Shown piece by piece: positions 61,542 to 64,000 of a stretch of 64,000 bases of DNA (within the stretch, counting starts at the first letter, position 1; every line of letters starts with the position of its first letter). The stretch spans positions 1,210,590 to 1,274,589 of the forward strand of contig CAWBMV010000034.1 in assembly GCA_963789955.1 (NCBI GenBank), given 5' to 3'. The notes under the pieces were generated by a model, which saw only the letters and a program-made list of their open reading frames with translations, did no database searches and was not told where the DNA came from. Origin of the DNA: an uncultured Candidatus Rokubacteria bacterium. Its GTDB lineage: Bacteria > Methylomirabilota > Methylomirabilia > Rokubacteriales > CSP1-6. Both the position numbers and the translations under genes were made by a program.

Positions 61542-62282
61542 TCAGCTGTCGAGCTTGGCCTCCTTTCTCCGTGAGGGCCCTTTTAGCACGAGCCGGTGCG
61601 CGTTGTGGAGGAGACGATCGCAGATCGCATCGGCCAGCGTCGCATCGCCGATGTGGTCGTGCCACTGGGCGGGCGGCAGCTGGCTGGTGACGATCGTCGA
61701 GCGGGTGCCGTACCGATCTTCCAGGATCTCGAGCAGATCGCGACGCTCTTGATCCTGGACCGGGGCGAGCCCCCAGTCATCGATGACGAGGACGTCGAGG
61801 CGGGCGAGCTTGGTGAGCACGCGGACGTAGGTGCCATCGGCCCGGGCCAGGAGCAGCTCGTGAAAGAGGCGCGACGCGCGCCGGTAGAGGGCGCGATAGC
61901 CCTTGCGGCACGCTTGGTGAGCCAGCGCGCAGGCGACGAAGCTTTTGCCGACGCCGGTCGCCCCGACCAGGATGACGTTGTGGTGTTCATCGATCCACCG
62001 GCAGGTCGCCAGCTGCCGGATCACCGCCTTGTCCAGCTCGCGCCGGGCCGGATAGTCGATGGCTTCGAGGCACGCCTGCGGGAGCTTCAGCCGCGCCTCC
62101 TGCAGCGCGCGGCCGAGCCGTTTGTTTTCGCGCGCGATCCACTCGGCCTCGACGAGCAGGCCCAGGCGCTCGTCGAAGGCGAGCGCGGTGGCGTCGGCGT
62201 GCTGCTGTTGGTCGGTCCACGCGGCGGCCAGCGCGTCGAGCTTGAGCGCGTGGAGTTTCTCGAGCGTGGGCGCAGTGAGCAT
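61542..62282 (-). CDS. istB: IS21 helper ATPase IstB
   Basis: AAGGAG RBS; GATGVGKS, LVIDDWG, TSQLP and DAICDRL motifs. Confidence 0.95.
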   Translation of the reverse strand: MLTAPTLEKLHALKLDALAAAWTDQQQHADATALAFDERLGLLVEAEWIARENKRLGRALQEARLKLPQACLEAIDYPARRELDKAVIRQLATCRWIDEHHNVILVGATGVGKSFVACALAHQACRKGYRALYRRASRLFHELLLARADGTYVRVLTKLARLDVLVIDDWGLAPVQDQERRDLLEILEDRYGTRSTIVTSQLPPAQWHDHIGDATLADAICDRLLHNAHRLVLKGPSRRKEAKLDS

Positions 62283-62292
62283 CGGCGCTCCT

Positions 62293-63839
62293 TCACTGAT
62301 AGTAGACCCGTCCACGGAGATGTTCGTGGACCGGCGTGAGGGTGAGTTGCGGCGAGGCCGCCGGCGGCGCGAGCCGGTCGAGGCCGTGCTTGAGGATCGA
62401 GTCGACGTGGCGGTAGGAGCGCGCGTCGACCGCGACGGCGCGGGTGCAGGCGGCCTCGAGCCGCGCCGGCGCCGTCGCGCTTGGCCAGGCGCAGGATCCC
62501 GAGGCAGCGCGGTAGCCCTGCTCGGGATGCGGTCGGCATCCGCAAGGATCGCCTGTGACCAGCGCGGCGGTGCTCGGGCCGATGGTGCGAGCCCAGTCGC
62601 GGAGGCGCGAGGGCGTCCATTCGGCGTGGCGCCGATGGGCCTTCGGCATGTGGGCGGGGACCGTGGTGTGTTGGCCGCGGGCGGTCGCCGCGGGTGAGCG
62701 GCGATGCGCTGGCCGCGATGAAAGATTTCGACGGTGGTCGCGGTCAGGCACGCGTCGACGTGCTCGTGCACGAACGCGTAGGGGACGGAGTAGTAGTGCC
62801 CGTGGAGCTCGATGTGATAGTCGATGTTCACGCGGGCGCCGATCTTCCAGTCGCTGTAGACGAAGGTCTCGGCGGGCAGTGGGCGGAGCGCCGGGTGATC
62901 CAGGCGCTCGAAGAGCTCGCGGCGGCTGGCACGGTAGAGCCGCATCGGCCGCGCGTTGAGATCCGTGAGGAGCTCGGCGATGCGGGCGTTGAGGGCGGCG
63001 AGGGAGAAGAAGGTCTCGTGCCGGAGGCGGGCGAGGATCCACCGCTCGGCGACTTGCACGGCGACTTCGATTTTCGCTTTATCCCGTGGTTTCGCCGGGC
63101 GCGCCGGCAGGATGACGGTGCCGTAGTGCTGGGCGAAGTCGTCGTAGGTCCGCTGCACGCCCGGCTCGTAGCGGCACGGGACGACGACGCCACTCTTGAG
63201 TTGATCGGGCACGATGGCCTCGGTGACGCCGCCAAAGAACGCGAACGCCCGCTGGTGGCTCGCGACCCAATCCGGGACCTGCTGCGTGCGCGTCGCTTCG
63301 GCGTAGGTGTAGTTCGAGGCGCCCAGCGCCGCGACGAACAGTTCGACCGTGGTCACCTCACCGGTGGCGGCGTCGATGATCGTGGGCTTCTTCCCGGCGT
63401 AGTCGACGAACAACTTCGCGCCAGCCCGATGGGCCTGGCGCATCGACAGCCCCCGGCGCCCGAGCCAGCGGCGGTAGCACTCGCAGAACTGCGTGTAGCG
63501 GTAGCCGTCCGGATGCTGCTCGAGATATTCGAGATGGAGCAGCTCGAGCGTGACGCCGGGCTTACGCCGCTCGGCATGCAGGTAGGCGCAGTCGGGGACG
63601 GCGCGATGATGCGTGGGCGGGGTCGGAGGCCCGTACACCCGGGCGTGCAACGCCTCGTCACTGAGGGGGTCGACCTGCGCCCACTCGAGCCCGGCCGCCC
63701 GGGCGCGCAGCACGGTGGTGCCGACGGCGCCGGTGCTGATCCTCAGGCTCTGCGCCACCTCGCGGTGGGTCCGCCCGAGGCTCCACTTCTGTCGCAGGAT
63801 CTCCCGTGTCTGGCGCATGGACAATCGCTCGGTGGCCAT
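62293..63839 (-). CDS. istA: IS21 transposase IstA (frameshifts near 62500-62690)
   Basis: N-terminal HTH; FVDYAG, VPDQLKSGV, KPRDKAKIE (DDE) and HYYSVP; C-terminal HLRGRVYYQ. Confidence 0.93.
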
Positions 63840-63906
63840 CCCTCCCCTTTCGGGGGGCGGACGGTCCGGCCGACGGTCCCGCGTCGCTACGCTTTGGCCA
63901 TCGCCC

Positions 63907-64000
63907 TGATCACGATGCTCCGATCCCGGTGATCACGATGCCGATTTTCTTGATCACGATCGACCGATCCGGGTGATCACGATGCTCCGATCTGGCTGAT
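63907..64000. repeat. IS21 subterminal repeats (istA end)
   Basis: TGATCACGAT at 63907, 63930, 63951 and 63974, inverted relative to the other end. Confidence 0.85.

Larger units (their letters stand above)
51719..64000. mobile_element. Integrative element (phage-satellite-like) at tRNA-Glu; distal end not identified
   Basis: Serine integrase abutting the tRNA, with RHH, iteron-like region, Prim-Pol/AAA, SSB-like and Xis-like genes, then cargo. Confidence 0.8.
61447..64000 (-). mobile_element. IS21-family insertion sequence; second end just beyond the window
   Basis: Terminal TGCGCATTTCGG; istA/istB; multiple subterminal repeats. Confidence 0.93.

Noticed and set aside
61542..63839. 765-aa IstA-IstB fusion ORF
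   Set aside because: The middle section is out-of-frame nonsense, istB has its own RBS, and the IstA C-terminus lies in another frame. An indel explains it.
63907..64000. Periodic TGATCACGAT repeats as a novel array
   Set aside because: They are standard IS21 subterminal repeats, mirrored at 61461-61516.
58944..64000. Second att copy of the tRNA-Glu 3' end
   Set aside because: No match found by eye; it may lie beyond the window or be too short to see.

Overview
A high-GC bacterial chromosome segment. Gene content suggests Rokubacteria/Methylomirabilota or a similar soil lineage; that is inference, not tested. At least 15 single-base frameshifts occur in otherwise intact genes, most likely long-read indel errors. 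Layout: (1) 1-13.0 kb, an accessory membrane/stress cluster: sigma-54 activator end, HpnM/HpnN-like lipid transport, di-heme cytochrome c, M48 peptidase, AI-2E transporter, MEDS-LuxR, Crp/Fnr, DedA and PAS-HisKA, with two families of duplicated ~90-100 bp upstream elements. (2) 13.1-18 kb, a Tat flavoprotein, a DUF1326/DUF2182 pair and an esterase. (3) 18-24.4 kb, an unusual envelope-modification locus: cytidylyltransferase, PhnY-like Fe/2OG dioxygenase, DPGTGS mini-protein, TagF-like phosphotransferase, YejM/PbgA-like sulfatase and a YidC paralogue. (4) 24.4-51.5 kb, metabolic and housekeeping genes: S1 protein, amidohydrolase, Rieske oxygenase, CoA transferase, MFS transporters, NamZ fusion, futalosine-type menaquinone genes, hybrid kinase and HU, plus several deletion remnants. 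(5) tRNA-Gln(CTG) and tRNA-Glu(CTC). (6) From 51.7 kb to the window end, an integrative element at tRNA-Glu with no capsid or conjugation genes visible. It carries a large serine recombinase whose C-terminus and stop codon are read from the antisense tRNA, an RHH-like gene with a palindromic operator, an iteron-like origin, a Prim-Pol/AAA replicase, SSB-like and Xis-like genes, and cargo (DUF5131, PPOX, and a SIR2-like gene interrupted by an IS21). No CRISPR array or rRNA was seen.
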